41,410 nucleotides of DNA from an uncultured archaeon (GTDB lineage: Archaea > Asgardarchaeota > Thorarchaeia > Thorarchaeales > Thorarchaeaceae), in assembly GCA_964610875.1 (NCBI GenBank), contig CAZSWP010000033.1, positions 1 through 41,410 of the forward strand, in the 5' to 3' direction. Under the pieces are notes generated by a model. The model saw only the letters and a list, made by a program, of their open reading frames with translations, searched no databases and was not told the DNA's origin. Every line of letters starts with the position of its first letter. Position 1 is the first letter of the stretch. Below are positions 1 through 10,654 of this stretch, piece by piece. The position numbers and the translations under genes are program-made.

Positions 1-43
1 TCGCAATATTACTCGAGATTCTTCCTCATGGTGGTGAGATCAT

Positions 44-859
44 GTGATTTGCAAATCTACTGTTGGAATCAAATTACATAAAGGTTCTATACAAAGCAAT
101 AAGAAAAACGTCTTTCTGACAGGTTTACTTATTGGACTTGGAGTTTTAGCAAAGGAGTTTAATATCTCGTGCATCCTATTTGTATTTCTTTTGTTACTTT
201 CCCTCAAAAATAAGAATGTGACTGAATCTAATAGTCCTCTCTTAACTTTTGTTTTCCTAGTGGCAGCAAGTATTCCTATTTTACTTCTCCAAGCTTATAC
301 TGTAATGCAATTCAATTACTCTTATCTTGATTTTTTTCTTCTTGAAATAGTTGAGAGGACTGCTCAATCAGATAGGTATTTTCTAGATCATGTATTGAAT
401 TTGGTTTGGTCTTATTGGTTAGCATTTGGGATTTCTATATTTTTTGCAATTTTGGTTTTATTCTTCGATTCCATAAATAGAATCTTCAACGTTACTATGT
501 TGTTATCTTTCTCAATTCCAAATCTGTTGATTTTCCAAACAATTTTCTATGCTAGATTTGCAGCTCTAACACTCCCCGCGATAGTATTATTTGCACCAAG
601 AGGGATAAATATGCTTAGTGGAAGTATTGCATCTGGCGAAAAGGTAAAGAAGGTCGTTAACATTCTGATTGTTTTAGTAATAGTCGGTAATGTTTTTCTA
701 ACCAAGTACTTCATTTCAATACCTATTATCTTCAGTCTTGAAATTGGATTACTTCTAATGTGCTGCTTAATGCTATTTCCAGTAGCATATTTGATAATGA
801 AAAAACACGAAATAAACAATAATATACAACTATATACCCAAAATTCAGAATATGAATAG
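44..859 (+). CDS. C-terminal part of an ArnT/PMT-like (GT-C fold) membrane glycosyltransferase; 5' end truncated or disrupted
   Basis: Multi-TM ORF with GLLIGLGVLAKE and YARF motifs typical of ArnT/PMT-2-like proteins. In-frame TGA at 35-37 just upstream, so the N-terminal half is not contiguous in this frame. Confidence 0.5.
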   Translation: MICKSTVGIKLHKGSIQSNKKNVFLTGLLIGLGVLAKEFNISCILFVFLLLLSLKNKNVTESNSPLLTFVFLVAASIPILLLQAYTVMQFNYSYLDFFLLEIVERTAQSDRYFLDHVLNLVWSYWLAFGISIFFAILVLFFDSINRIFNVTMLLSFSIPNLLIFQTIFYARFAALTLPAIVLFAPRGINMLSGSIASGEKVKKVVNILIVLVIVGNVFLTKYFISIPIIFSLEIGLLLMCCLMLFPVAYLIMKKHEINNNIQLYTQNSEYE

Positions 860-901
860 GTAAAAAACACAGATGATGAAACCTATTCAAGAGGAGATAT
901 T

Positions 902-2083
902 GTGTCATCTACTAATGAGCAATCACTGCATATAGGCATCTTTACTGACTTATTTCATCCAAGAACAATTGGGGGCGGTGAAAATAGATTATTACATCTT
1001 GCTCGTGAAATGGTGCGGATTGGCAATCGAGTAACAATAGTAACAACAAAGGTGAAGGGTTCTCCAGAGGAGGAGATCCTTGAAACTGGACTAAGAGTAG
1101 TTAGAATAGGTCGTCCTCATCCATTAGATGGGACTAGTTTAATATCTTCAATTATTTTTGTTTTTATTGGGTTCTTTATGCTTCAAAGATGGAAGAATTT
1201 GGCATTTGATGTGATAGAGAGTAATACCTACCTTCCATGTTATTTAGCAGCAATCGTTTCCAAAATTCTAACAATCCCTCATATCATGACGATTCATGAT
1301 GTCTATCTAAGTGACTGGATTTATCGTCTTGGTATTCTATTAGTTCCCTTCGCATATGCTATTGAAAGGGGACTTCAAAAAATACATGCAAATCATATTG
1401 TTACTGTTAGTTCATCATCCAAGTACAAAATATGTAGTATTCTTGGTTTTGATTCCAATCAGGTCAGAGTGATTCATAATGGTATTCCCTTTGATGAAAT
1501 ATCTGATTATTACAATGAGAGTGAGAAGAAACAACAAATCATGTGTCTTGGCAGATTGGTACCACATAAACATGTAGACCATGTAATTGAGGCATTGAGA
1601 ATTTTGCATTCGGAAGGACGTTTCTTGAAACTAGTTGTTATTGGCACTGGGCCTGAAATGAAATACTTGGAAAATCTAGTGCACTCAATGAAACTTGACG
1701 AATTTGTGGAATTGACAGGATTTGTTGAAAACCCGTCTGCTGTATATTCTGAACTCTCATCTTCTCTACTTTTTGTGAATGCATCTACAATCGAAGGATT
1801 TGGAATTGTTCTTCTTGAAGCAATGGCCGCTGGTACGCCTGTTGTTGCATATTCACTTCCTGCGTATCGTGATTTTGTAAGATGTGGTTTCAATGCATTT
1901 TTAGTATCCCCTCCGAATCCTGAATCACTCTCAAATGAGATAATCAAATTAATCAAAAATCCTTCTTTGTTGCAATCACTGAGAGAAAACGGACTCGAAA
2001 CTGCAAGTAGATTTTCATGGAATCGTATTGCATTAGATGTATTGGAGGTATATCAACAAGTGATATTACTTGCTAGAAACTAG
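902..2083 (+). CDS. Glycosyltransferase family 4 (GT-B)
   Basis: N-terminal GGGE loop, GRLVPHK, EGFGIVLLEAMAAGTPVV (EX7E), FSW end; GTG start after GAGGAG. Confidence 0.93.
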   Translation: MSSTNEQSLHIGIFTDLFHPRTIGGGENRLLHLAREMVRIGNRVTIVTTKVKGSPEEEILETGLRVVRIGRPHPLDGTSLISSIIFVFIGFFMLQRWKNLAFDVIESNTYLPCYLAAIVSKILTIPHIMTIHDVYLSDWIYRLGILLVPFAYAIERGLQKIHANHIVTVSSSSKYKICSILGFDSNQVRVIHNGIPFDEISDYYNESEKKQQIMCLGRLVPHKHVDHVIEALRILHSEGRFLKLVVIGTGPEMKYLENLVHSMKLDEFVELTGFVENPSAVYSELSSSLLFVNASTIEGFGIVLLEAMAAGTPVVAYSLPAYRDFVRCGFNAFLVSPPNPESLSNEIIKLIKNPSLLQSLRENGLETASRFSWNRIALDVLEVYQQVILLARN

Positions 2084-2200
2084 TTTCATCACTCCGGATA
2101 AAGAGTTGTATTCTTTTCTTATTTTGAGTCATAAAATCGACCGAATATGATGCAGTGTATTTAAAATCGAGTTGTAAAGCATTTGTGACACTAGAATCTC

Positions 2201-4948
2201 TTACAATTCCAAGAAATACATATTCGATATGGAGTACTCAAATATACCTGGTCCATTCCAAGGTGTTTCTTCATTAAAAGTATCCACTATGATTTGGATT
2301 CTTTGCAGCGATTCCAAGTTCGTTGTATTGATGCTAATTTTGCTTGTGATATATTCCCTTGAGGGTTTCAAACACCGAACTACAAAAATTCTTGACCCAT
2401 TCGCGTAGTGGAATGCTACCTTCATGTATGGTGCTAGCTCAGAATGTTGTGATTTATATCTGATTAAAATGAAACCGTTTTCTAATGAATTGAATCCAGT
2501 AAAATTTCTATATGCTGAAACACTTTGGTAATGTCCTGTAAAATTTCCCCATATTGACAATCTCTCAGCTGAGCTATCACATCCATATTGCAATACGCCC
2601 ATTGCTGATTTACTCCATCCAGATAGAGGAATACTGACCGCATTTAGTAGGGTATCGTTAATTTTAATCACATACCCACTATCGCTGGTTTTGCATATCT
2701 CTCCCCATTTCTCAATATTATTTACATAAGGTCTTCCATCATACCATGAAGTTGATTTCTCTCCCTCATATCTTGTTAGGATCAATGCGTACACATTATC
2801 AACATGCGTTTCATTGAGTAGTTTTATCACATCAATTGGATTATCATTATACGCTAATTCCACAAATGCTTGAAGTCTCTCCTGTCCAAACGAATTGGAC
2901 CATATTGCTGGATAATCTTCATCATAATCATAATATGTTGGAGTTGTTGGAGGCCAATCCTGCATGATTGCCATCAAATGACGCCATGTGGAAAACTCTG
3001 TAATCACTACTGATCTGTTCAAATCAATTTCCATTAGGAATTCATACATGAAGTCATATTCCTTTCTTGTTGTTGTATCAAGGTTTAGAGCTTGATTCCT
3101 TGGATATGTAGTAGTGAGTAATGAAAGAGTAGTCAAGATCGTTATCAGCAAAAGTACTGCAGTCTTTCTTTCTCTTCGCGTTGGTAATTTTAGTAAGGAT
3201 GTTTTTTGATAGTTTATTTCAGATATCGCAAATGCTAGAGATATGATTGGAATAAGACATATGCCCATTAGAATAGGCCAGAGTCTCCATGCGGGAATAG
3301 TGGGTAACTGCACAAAGAAGTCAAGGATTACTACTTCAAATAAAATGATAATCCATATCTTTAGTAAGTGATGAAATGATTCATGTAATCTATCCTGTAA
3401 TAAGCTCCTTTGAAATATAGTGATAATTCCACCAAACAAGCATATTGGCAAAATAAACGCATAACGGCTGAAAAAATGAACTACCAGTGTAGAAGTCATA
3501 ACATAGATTCCAAACCGTAATTCAATTCTTGCTTCAGTACCTAGTATATCTGATAATGAGAGTAAATCTAATAGAATTTGAATGCTTTGGGAATTAAGTA
3601 CAATAATTATCGAAATCGCGGATATCAAAAGCAGCATAATATGAATTTCCTTCTTTGCAAGGATCACATATATATCATCTCTTCCGGTGATTTCCCAAAG
3701 AAAATAAAGAAATGCTGGCAAAATAATTGCTAATGAATAGAAATGTGTTGATAATAGGATTGCTGAAAGGAATATGAAAATGAGAAAACCTTCTTTTGTC
3801 TTTGGAGATACTAAAGCACATACCAAATATGGAAAAATCAAGATTTGAACTAGATTGTTCGGGTCGAACCTGAACTGCCACCAGAAGATTGGGCTGAGGA
3901 ATAATACTAATGCGAATGACACATATTTCATATCGAGTTCTTTTTTCAAAAGTGAATTACTAAGTAGAAACACGCCGAGTGTATATATCACACTTGAAAA
4001 CGTTATAGCAATCGCTCCCCCACACAAACTAGGACTCAATCCTGATATTGTAGTTACGAATGCCATATTTGAGTGAAAACACAGTGTCGCTAGAGATCCA
4101 TATCTCCAATTCCAGCCGTTCTCTGTCAAATCGATGAAAGGAGCTACTCCTCCTTCAGCTAGCCATTGTACAACAACCATATTGTCTCCATCATCACCAC
4201 CAAATCTAATGAACCCCTCTGCCAACATAATTCCCCTTGTGAATAATGCTAGAAGAAATAATGATGGGAGCCAATATTTCGAACCTGTTTGAATGAAGTA
4301 TACTTGAATTACTATGATTAAGAGTAATAGGATAACTATTGGGATATACACGGTTTCATAGATTGTGGTAAGCCACCTACTTGTATCAACTGTGGAAAGC
4401 ACAATTGCAAAAATTGAACAAAGTCCAATTTGTATGATAAAAAGAACTGTCGGTATCTTTTCTTTTAAGAGAATAGAATCTACTAACCCAGAGAAGCTTT
4501 TTACAATAGTTCTGAAAGGTTTAATCTTTTTTGGTGCGAGTGCAATTCCTATTACTGCGACTAGTGTTATTATTGGTGCATAACTAGAAAATGTAGCTGC
4601 GAGCATCCATGTTACATAAATAATACCTATACCAAAAATTGGAGCAGATGCTAGAATATAGTTTCTATCCCTCTCAAAATCAAAATATTCCACTACTGAT
4701 TCTGTTATTTTTATTCCTGAAAATAGAATCATACAAATAACTGACAGTGAAGCTATTATCCAAGAAATTGGATGATTGATTAAGATTGGTATTGTTTTGC
4801 CAAAAGTAGCTAATAGAAGCACGAATAGAAATGACTCTATATCAAAAAAAGACAAAGCACTTGAAAATGAACTATCTGTGTCACCTTTGTGCGAATCAAC
4901 TAAATCATTTCCTTGAGTCATTAGTGAATCTAATAATAACACTTCCAT
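2201..4948 (-). CDS. Large polytopic membrane protein, probable GT-C-fold glycosyltransferase/glycan polymerase with C-terminal extracellular domains
   Basis: 915 aa, many TM segments, acidic loop FGGDDGDN after a TM, WRLW motif, soluble C-terminal ~300 aa with N-x-S/T sequons; glycan-cluster context. Confidence 0.55.
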   Translation of the reverse strand: MEVLLLDSLMTQGNDLVDSHKGDTDSSFSSALSFFDIESFLFVLLLATFGKTIPILINHPISWIIASLSVICMILFSGIKITESVVEYFDFERDRNYILASAPIFGIGIIYVTWMLAATFSSYAPIITLVAVIGIALAPKKIKPFRTIVKSFSGLVDSILLKEKIPTVLFIIQIGLCSIFAIVLSTVDTSRWLTTIYETVYIPIVILLLLIIVIQVYFIQTGSKYWLPSLFLLALFTRGIMLAEGFIRFGGDDGDNMVVVQWLAEGGVAPFIDLTENGWNWRYGSLATLCFHSNMAFVTTISGLSPSLCGGAIAITFSSVIYTLGVFLLSNSLLKKELDMKYVSFALVLFLSPIFWWQFRFDPNNLVQILIFPYLVCALVSPKTKEGFLIFIFLSAILLSTHFYSLAIILPAFLYFLWEITGRDDIYVILAKKEIHIMLLLISAISIIIVLNSQSIQILLDLLSLSDILGTEARIELRFGIYVMTSTLVVHFFSRYAFILPICLFGGIITIFQRSLLQDRLHESFHHLLKIWIIILFEVVILDFFVQLPTIPAWRLWPILMGICLIPIISLAFAISEINYQKTSLLKLPTRRERKTAVLLLITILTTLSLLTTTYPRNQALNLDTTTRKEYDFMYEFLMEIDLNRSVVITEFSTWRHLMAIMQDWPPTTPTYYDYDEDYPAIWSNSFGQERLQAFVELAYNDNPIDVIKLLNETHVDNVYALILTRYEGEKSTSWYDGRPYVNNIEKWGEICKTSDSGYVIKINDTLLNAVSIPLSGWSKSAMGVLQYGCDSSAERLSIWGNFTGHYQSVSAYRNFTGFNSLENGFILIRYKSQHSELAPYMKVAFHYANGSRIFVVRCLKPSREYITSKISINTTNLESLQRIQIIVDTFNEETPWNGPGIFEYSISNMYFLEL

Positions 4949-5008
4949 TTATACATGAGCTCTCCATGATAATCTAGATAAGGCATCTATTGATTAGTCG
5001 AATCAACA

Positions 5009-5836
5009 ATGATTTCTTCAAATGAGAATCCAAAAATCCTTGTGTTAATTGCCACACTGGACAAGTATCCTGATAATACAATAAGAAGTCTTTTGAAACA
5101 AACTCTTCCTCCCACAAAAATTGTAGTAGTTTCTAGAACACCTGTAGATGATAAATCTGGGGAAGTTGAGAGAAGTAAGATAAGTTTGGTTGTGGACAAA
5201 GCTGATAAACGATTATGTTTGGGAAAGCGTGTTGCTCAAGCATTGAATTCTGCAATTGAAACTGTCATCTTGGATGACTATGATTTCATCTTGAAAGCTG
5301 ACATGGATATAGAATTTCCTGAAAAGTTCATTGAAGTGAATGTCAATAGTGGTTTTGACCTTCTCGGCAAAGGTGCTGGTATGTTGATTAATGTGTCACA
5401 TTTTAGGGAGTTGATGAATGGCAAATTTTTTGAAGCTTGTGCAGATGATGAGTATGTTCAAAGAGTTTTTTTAGTAAATTATTGTGAAGTTCTTCCTTGG
5501 GACTGGGTTCTTCCAGCTAGAATCAGAAGAGAAAAGAGTCAAAATTGCTGGAGACGATATCGTATTGGCAGGGATAATTATAGATGTGGTGATCCCTTAT
5601 TCTGGTCAATAGTTACCATTATTGCAGATGCACTAAAAAATAAACATCTTGTTTTCCTCTTCGATTTACTTGGTCATATTCGTGCACGATATCAAGATTT
5701 GAAGCATTATCCTATCTCTCAAAAGTGGTCAGTATTTGTTTTGCAAAAATGGATAAAATCTGGTGGTGTTAAAAGGGTTGTAGCTACCATAGACAAAATA
5801 GTATTGAAGCGAAAGCCACTTATTAGAACTAATTAG
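5009..5836 (+). CDS. Glycosyltransferase family 2 (GT-A)
   Basis: ILVLIAT start, SLLKQT, DxD motif (KADMD), ADDEY. Confidence 0.8.
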   Translation: MISSNENPKILVLIATLDKYPDNTIRSLLKQTLPPTKIVVVSRTPVDDKSGEVERSKISLVVDKADKRLCLGKRVAQALNSAIETVILDDYDFILKADMDIEFPEKFIEVNVNSGFDLLGKGAGMLINVSHFRELMNGKFFEACADDEYVQRVFLVNYCEVLPWDWVLPARIRREKSQNCWRRYRIGRDNYRCGDPLFWSIVTIIADALKNKHLVFLFDLLGHIRARYQDLKHYPISQKWSVFVLQKWIKSGGVKRVVATIDKIVLKRKPLIRTN

Positions 5837-5872
5837 TGAATTGTTGGCTGTAACTACCAAGGATTGAAGCTT

Positions 5873-6994
5873 ATGAAAGTTCACATAGTATTGCCTTCGA
5901 TAGGAAAACTGAATAATGTATTTGAGTTCAAAGATCAGTTTCTAAATTCCGAACATGATATCATAATTAATGTCATAGATGAAGGTGATGAAACCAATCG
6001 AAAAGAAAATGAAAAACTATTGGAAGAGCTGGAATTTGCTTTCTACGGTCCAAAGGAAAGAGCCGAATGGTTCAAAGCAAGATTCGGGAATGCTTACGAA
6101 GAGAAATTATCTGTGATTCCTGAAAGGTGTCATGCGGAAACCAGTTTTGGTTTCCTTCTGGCTATTGAAGACACACCTGATATAGTAATAGAGTTAGATG
6201 ATGATGTATTTCCAGTTGACAATCACGATTTAATCAACATGCACATTGAGAATCTATCTGAAACAAATGCTGAGTATGTTGAATCGGAGTCTGGATGGTA
6301 TAACACATTAGATGCACTCAGTTTAGTCAAAGAAACATCTCACCTTTATCCTAGAGGTCATCCATATACCAAAGAAACCCGCATTGATGATTATCAATAT
6401 TCAGAAACTAAGAGTAAATCAGTCGTAAATATGGGACATTGGATAGGTAATCTTGATTTTGATGCTCCAACCTTGCTTTACAACGGGGGATTAGATGGAA
6501 GATATATTGTTGAAGGTATGGATTTGGCAAAGGAAAGGGTTATTGTAGCACCTGGCGTTCTATTTGCAGTTTGCAGTATGAATACTTCTTTTGTGCCTGA
6601 AGTAATTCCTGGGTTCTATCAGCTTTATATGAACTACAATGGAATCGATCGATTTGACGACATTTGGTCTGGCCTTTTCGTTAAGAAGTGTGCTGATACA
6701 CTGGGTGATTCAATCTCTATAGGAAAACCCCTTGGATATCACAACAAACGACCTCGTAGTGTCTTCAAGGATTTACGAAGTGAGCTTGAGGGAATAGTAA
6801 TGAATGAGCATCTATGGACGATACTTTCATCGATTGATGTACATGGATCTGACTATACATCCTGTTACAGTTCACTTGTTGATGGTATTGAAAGCCATCT
6901 TGATGATTTCACTGATACGCGACATCATGATTTCATAAAGTTGCAGATACAGAAAATGCGGTTATGGTTAGATGTCATTGACAAAATATCCTAG
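5873..6994 (+). CDS. GT75 / reversibly glycosylated polypeptide (UDP-arabinopyranose mutase-like) protein
   Basis: LDDDV, YPRGHPY, GHWIGNLDFDAPT, VCSMNTSF, RFDDIWSG, HNK...FKDLRSELEG resemble the plant RGP/UAM motif series. ATG at 5873 preferred to TTG at 5864. Confidence 0.8.
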   Translation: MKVHIVLPSIGKLNNVFEFKDQFLNSEHDIIINVIDEGDETNRKENEKLLEELEFAFYGPKERAEWFKARFGNAYEEKLSVIPERCHAETSFGFLLAIEDTPDIVIELDDDVFPVDNHDLINMHIENLSETNAEYVESESGWYNTLDALSLVKETSHLYPRGHPYTKETRIDDYQYSETKSKSVVNMGHWIGNLDFDAPTLLYNGGLDGRYIVEGMDLAKERVIVAPGVLFAVCSMNTSFVPEVIPGFYQLYMNYNGIDRFDDIWSGLFVKKCADTLGDSISIGKPLGYHNKRPRSVFKDLRSELEGIVMNEHLWTILSSIDVHGSDYTSCYSSLVDGIESHLDDFTDTRHHDFIKLQIQKMRLWLDVIDKIS

Positions 6995-8538
6995 TGAAAT
7001 CTTACTTTGAGGGTATTGCCTTGACTAGTGAGGGAGTAGTAGTTGCAAAGAATGCAGGAATGACTATTACACAAACCCTTGTAGTTAACTTGGCTAATAT
7101 TTGGATATTTGTTATTGCAGCTAGACTGCTCCCCACTGTTGATGATTTGGGAATCTATTCAACACTGATAATGATATCAACCCTTTTCTATGTGCTATTT
7201 GGATTTGCATTACCTAGAGCTAATACTAGATTTATTGCTAATTATATAGGAGAAGGTAGAGAATATGATGCATATGCCATGGCTAAACTGGTTATGCGTT
7301 TTGGTCTAATATCGAGTAGTATTGCATCTATCATTATCTGGTTTTCTTCTGACCTTCTTTCAATAACCCTCTTCAGTGATACTAACTTATCTTGGGCACT
7401 CCAATCGCTAGCAGTGTATGTCTTTCTTCTAACCTTTCAACAATTTGTGCAAAGCACTCTTGGTGGTCTTCAAAAATTCAAGGCAATAGCTTGGATTCAA
7501 ATTATGCAGAGTACGGTGATAGCAACTCTTGGTACAATCTTGCTTTTCATTGGTTATGGTATCATCGGGATTATATTCGCATGGACTACTGGATATTTTT
7601 TTGGAGATATTGCCAATCTAATTGTTGTCAAAAAGGAGATTGATACCAATGTCTCACTTCATCCAATTAGTGATGCTGTCAAATTTGCGGCTCCATTATA
7701 TGGTACAGATATAGTAAATTATGTCGTTCAAAATGTCGACAAGTTTCTTGTTCTCCTGATTACCGGAATTGCAGTGTTAGGAATCTATAGCCCCGCTGTC
7801 ACGGTTGCTATGTTTGTTTCTATCGTTGCGGCTTCTTTGAATGCTGTACTTTTTCCAAAATTCTCAGAAATACATGGGAGGTCAGCAATTGATGATTTAG
7901 ATGTTGCAGTTAAGAAATCATCACGTTGGGTATTCTTAATCTGCACACCAATGTCTATCGGTCTAGCATCAATCAGCATCCCAATAACCAGAATTTTTGG
8001 TGAAGCCTTTCTATCGTCATCGGTCTTGATAATCATAATTTCTTTATCCATGGCTTTTACTGCTGGAAATGTTGTTGTAAGCGGTGTTCTAATGTCAACT
8101 GGACATACGCGTATCTTCCTTTTTTCTGCTTTCTTAGGAATTGTTATTGATATTGTACTTACAGTCGCTTTCATTACTCCCTTGGGAGGGATAGCTGCTG
8201 CAATAGGACGTGCTGGATTGCAATGTTCAGTATTCGCCATTTTAATAATATATATGGTGAAGAAAACACCATATCAGCTTGATAATCGTAGTATGGTTAC
8301 AACATTTATAGCTTCAAGTATTATGGTTCTGCCACTCTTTGTTATTCAATTATTTTCTACATCAATTATGGTGATTCCTGTTCTTCTCATTGTTGGAATT
8401 GGTACCTACGCGATGATGGTTAGAGTATTAGCGATATTCAAAGAGGAAGATGCCAAGCTTGTCAAAGATTTACTCCCATCGAGTCTGAATTGGGCGGCGC
8501 TGTTCATAGATTTCCTTGTTTCTTCAGATAAGGAATAG
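6994..8538 (+). CDS. Oligosaccharide flippase (Wzx/PST, MOP superfamily)
   Basis: About 14 TM segments; GIYS, RFIA, DKFLV...GIYS, LFPKFSE motifs; start overlaps the upstream stop (TAGTG). Confidence 0.88.
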   Translation: MKSYFEGIALTSEGVVVAKNAGMTITQTLVVNLANIWIFVIAARLLPTVDDLGIYSTLIMISTLFYVLFGFALPRANTRFIANYIGEGREYDAYAMAKLVMRFGLISSSIASIIIWFSSDLLSITLFSDTNLSWALQSLAVYVFLLTFQQFVQSTLGGLQKFKAIAWIQIMQSTVIATLGTILLFIGYGIIGIIFAWTTGYFFGDIANLIVVKKEIDTNVSLHPISDAVKFAAPLYGTDIVNYVVQNVDKFLVLLITGIAVLGIYSPAVTVAMFVSIVAASLNAVLFPKFSEIHGRSAIDDLDVAVKKSSRWVFLICTPMSIGLASISIPITRIFGEAFLSSSVLIIIISLSMAFTAGNVVVSGVLMSTGHTRIFLFSAFLGIVIDIVLTVAFITPLGGIAAAIGRAGLQCSVFAILIIYMVKKTPYQLDNRSMVTTFIASSIMVLPLFVIQLFSTSIMVIPVLLIVGIGTYAMMVRVLAIFKEEDAKLVKDLLPSSLNWAALFIDFLVSSDKE

Positions 8539-8607
8539 GTATTATGAACTTCCGAAAAACTAAACATCCGAAGTAGATGCATTAAGTAATTCAGGGTAAA
8601 CTGAACA

Positions 8608-9744
8608 ATGAAGGTCTTGTTTGTAACCAAGGGTGCTTACCATCCATCAGGAGGTGCACAAAGCGCTGCTTGGGATTGGTATCAACGAATAGCGAAGAGA
8701 GTAAATTGCAAACTACTGAGTAATCTGGACTCCCAAGGCATTAATCACACTAGGCCAAATATTGGAAAAGCTCCATTCATGTACCTAACAGATGCATTGT
8801 GGTTTTCAAAGAAAATTGCACAAGAATGTAAAACATTCAGACCAGATATCGTTCATTTACACTCCTATACAGGATTTGTTTCAATTCTGCCTAAAACTGT
8901 TCCCTCAGTAGTGACTTTTCATGATGAGCCATTATTTACTCCTTTTGATAACATATCTAATGGATTAAACCCCTATCTTCTTAGAATACTTTCTGAAAAT
9001 GAGAAAATACTTCGAAGAATGATGTTATTGCGAAATCCATGGATACAAGCTCTCAGCTCTACAATAAAGAATCAATTCACTGATATCGGTATAAGTGAAG
9101 ATAGAATTAGAGTCATTCCAAATGGATTTCCCAAAGAAACCAAATCGAATGACATTATATCAAAAGAGAATCTTATGAAAGAATTGGCGTTACCTTACGA
9201 TGCAAAACTCGTACTAACAATTGGTGCAATTAGTTTTCGTAAGGGCATTCACAGAATCCTTAGAACAGCTGCAGAACTACGTGAATATAATGTTCACTTT
9301 GTGTGTGCTGGTAGTACTTCGTTACATCTTGAGAAAGGATATTCGGAGAAATTGAGATATCTTTCTAGCAAACATAAAATCAGTAACTTACATTTAATAG
9401 GTCGTGTTTCATCAGAAATACTTGAATCATTACTGCATCACGCAGATCTTTACATCTCGCCATCATTGTCCGAAGCATGTAATTTATCTTTGATGGAGGC
9501 GGCATTACATTCTCTTCCAATCGTTACTACAGATGTAGGAGCAGCTCGAGATTTATTCGAAGGCCACGCCAAAATAGTAAATCGTAACCCATCCACAAAA
9601 AGTCTAGTAGAATCTGTTCTGGAACTATTGGAGGTCCCAAGCGTGAAATATCCTTCTGTAGGAACATATTCTTGGGAAAATGTTACTGAATCTGTGATTG
9701 AATTCTATTCAGATGTCCTTTCTCAATTCAAATTTCGAACTTGA
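8608..9744 (+). CDS. Glycosyltransferase family 4
   Basis: SGGAQ, PDIVHLH, VIPNG, RKG, EACNLSLMEA (EX7E), TTDVG, YSW. Confidence 0.9.
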   Translation: MKVLFVTKGAYHPSGGAQSAAWDWYQRIAKRVNCKLLSNLDSQGINHTRPNIGKAPFMYLTDALWFSKKIAQECKTFRPDIVHLHSYTGFVSILPKTVPSVVTFHDEPLFTPFDNISNGLNPYLLRILSENEKILRRMMLLRNPWIQALSSTIKNQFTDIGISEDRIRVIPNGFPKETKSNDIISKENLMKELALPYDAKLVLTIGAISFRKGIHRILRTAAELREYNVHFVCAGSTSLHLEKGYSEKLRYLSSKHKISNLHLIGRVSSEILESLLHHADLYISPSLSEACNLSLMEAALHSLPIVTTDVGAARDLFEGHAKIVNRNPSTKSLVESVLELLEVPSVKYPSVGTYSWENVTESVIEFYSDVLSQFKFRT

Positions 9745-9918
9745 TTTTGTTGAAATCCTTTAGACTTACAAAAAAGATTAGATAAACTAATAGATACAAT
9801 GGATTAATTAGAGAATTATTATCTGAATAGAATCCCTTAGTACTCAATAAGTTCGCATTACATAAACTCTAAATGTGAAATAATTACAGGCTTCGAGGGG
9901 CTCTCAAGAGTGGCCGTC

Positions 9919-10647
9919 ATGAATCAACCAGAAATCTCAGTTGTACTCCCTACCTTGGGTGTTGAACCTGCTTTAATACATACTATAGATGAGATACTTG
10001 ATGCTTTGCCACCTAGCAAAAAAGACATACTGGAAATAGTTGTCGTATACACTCCTCGAAGTGATGATACCTCAGATACCAAAAAGTTACTACAAGAGTA
10101 TCCTAAGAATGTTAGAGTTGTGGTTGAAAAGAAACGTGGCTATGGAGTCGCATACATTACTGGTTTTCATGCAGCTCGTGGTCCGATAATTATAACACTT
10201 GATGCCGACCTAACCTATCCTGCAGATGTAATTCTAAAATTATCTGAATTACTTGAAGAACGCAACCTCGATTTCATTAATACAAACAGATTGGTTAATT
10301 TTGAAATTGGAGCTTTTCATTGGTCTCATGGATTTGGCAATCGTTTTCTAACGATACTCATGAACATCCTATTCTATGCGCGCTTTCAAGATTCACAATC
10401 AGGAATGTGGATATTTAAGAAATCCATACTTGATCGTTTAGATTTAGACGGCCATCATTGGGAGTTCTCAGCTGAAATAAAAATTGAAGCAAGTCGTAGA
10501 AATCTGCGATGTGCTGAAATTCCAATAGAATACCGGCGTAGAACCCATGGTGCATCGACAAACAGCGTTGTGGAAGGTTTACGAATTGCGATATTTATGG
10601 TTATGAAAAAATTAAGACTTAGTAAGTATATACATGTCCCAAGATAG
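9919..10647 (+). CDS. GT2, dolichol/polyprenol-phosphate glycosyltransferase (DPM1-like)
   Basis: SVVLPT, KRGYG.A...G, TLDADLTYP, DSQSGM, EIPIEYRRR. Start ATG 9919 or GTG 9910. Confidence 0.88.
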   Translation: MNQPEISVVLPTLGVEPALIHTIDEILDALPPSKKDILEIVVVYTPRSDDTSDTKKLLQEYPKNVRVVVEKKRGYGVAYITGFHAARGPIIITLDADLTYPADVILKLSELLEERNLDFINTNRLVNFEIGAFHWSHGFGNRFLTILMNILFYARFQDSQSGMWIFKKSILDRLDLDGHHWEFSAEIKIEASRRNLRCAEIPIEYRRRTHGASTNSVVEGLRIAIFMVMKKLRLSKYIHVPR

Positions 10648-10654
10648 ACCAAAT

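Noticed and set aside
2201-4948. Possible oligosaccharyltransferase AglB/STT3
   Set aside because: No WWDxG motif is visible, so it is kept as a generic GT-C-like protein.
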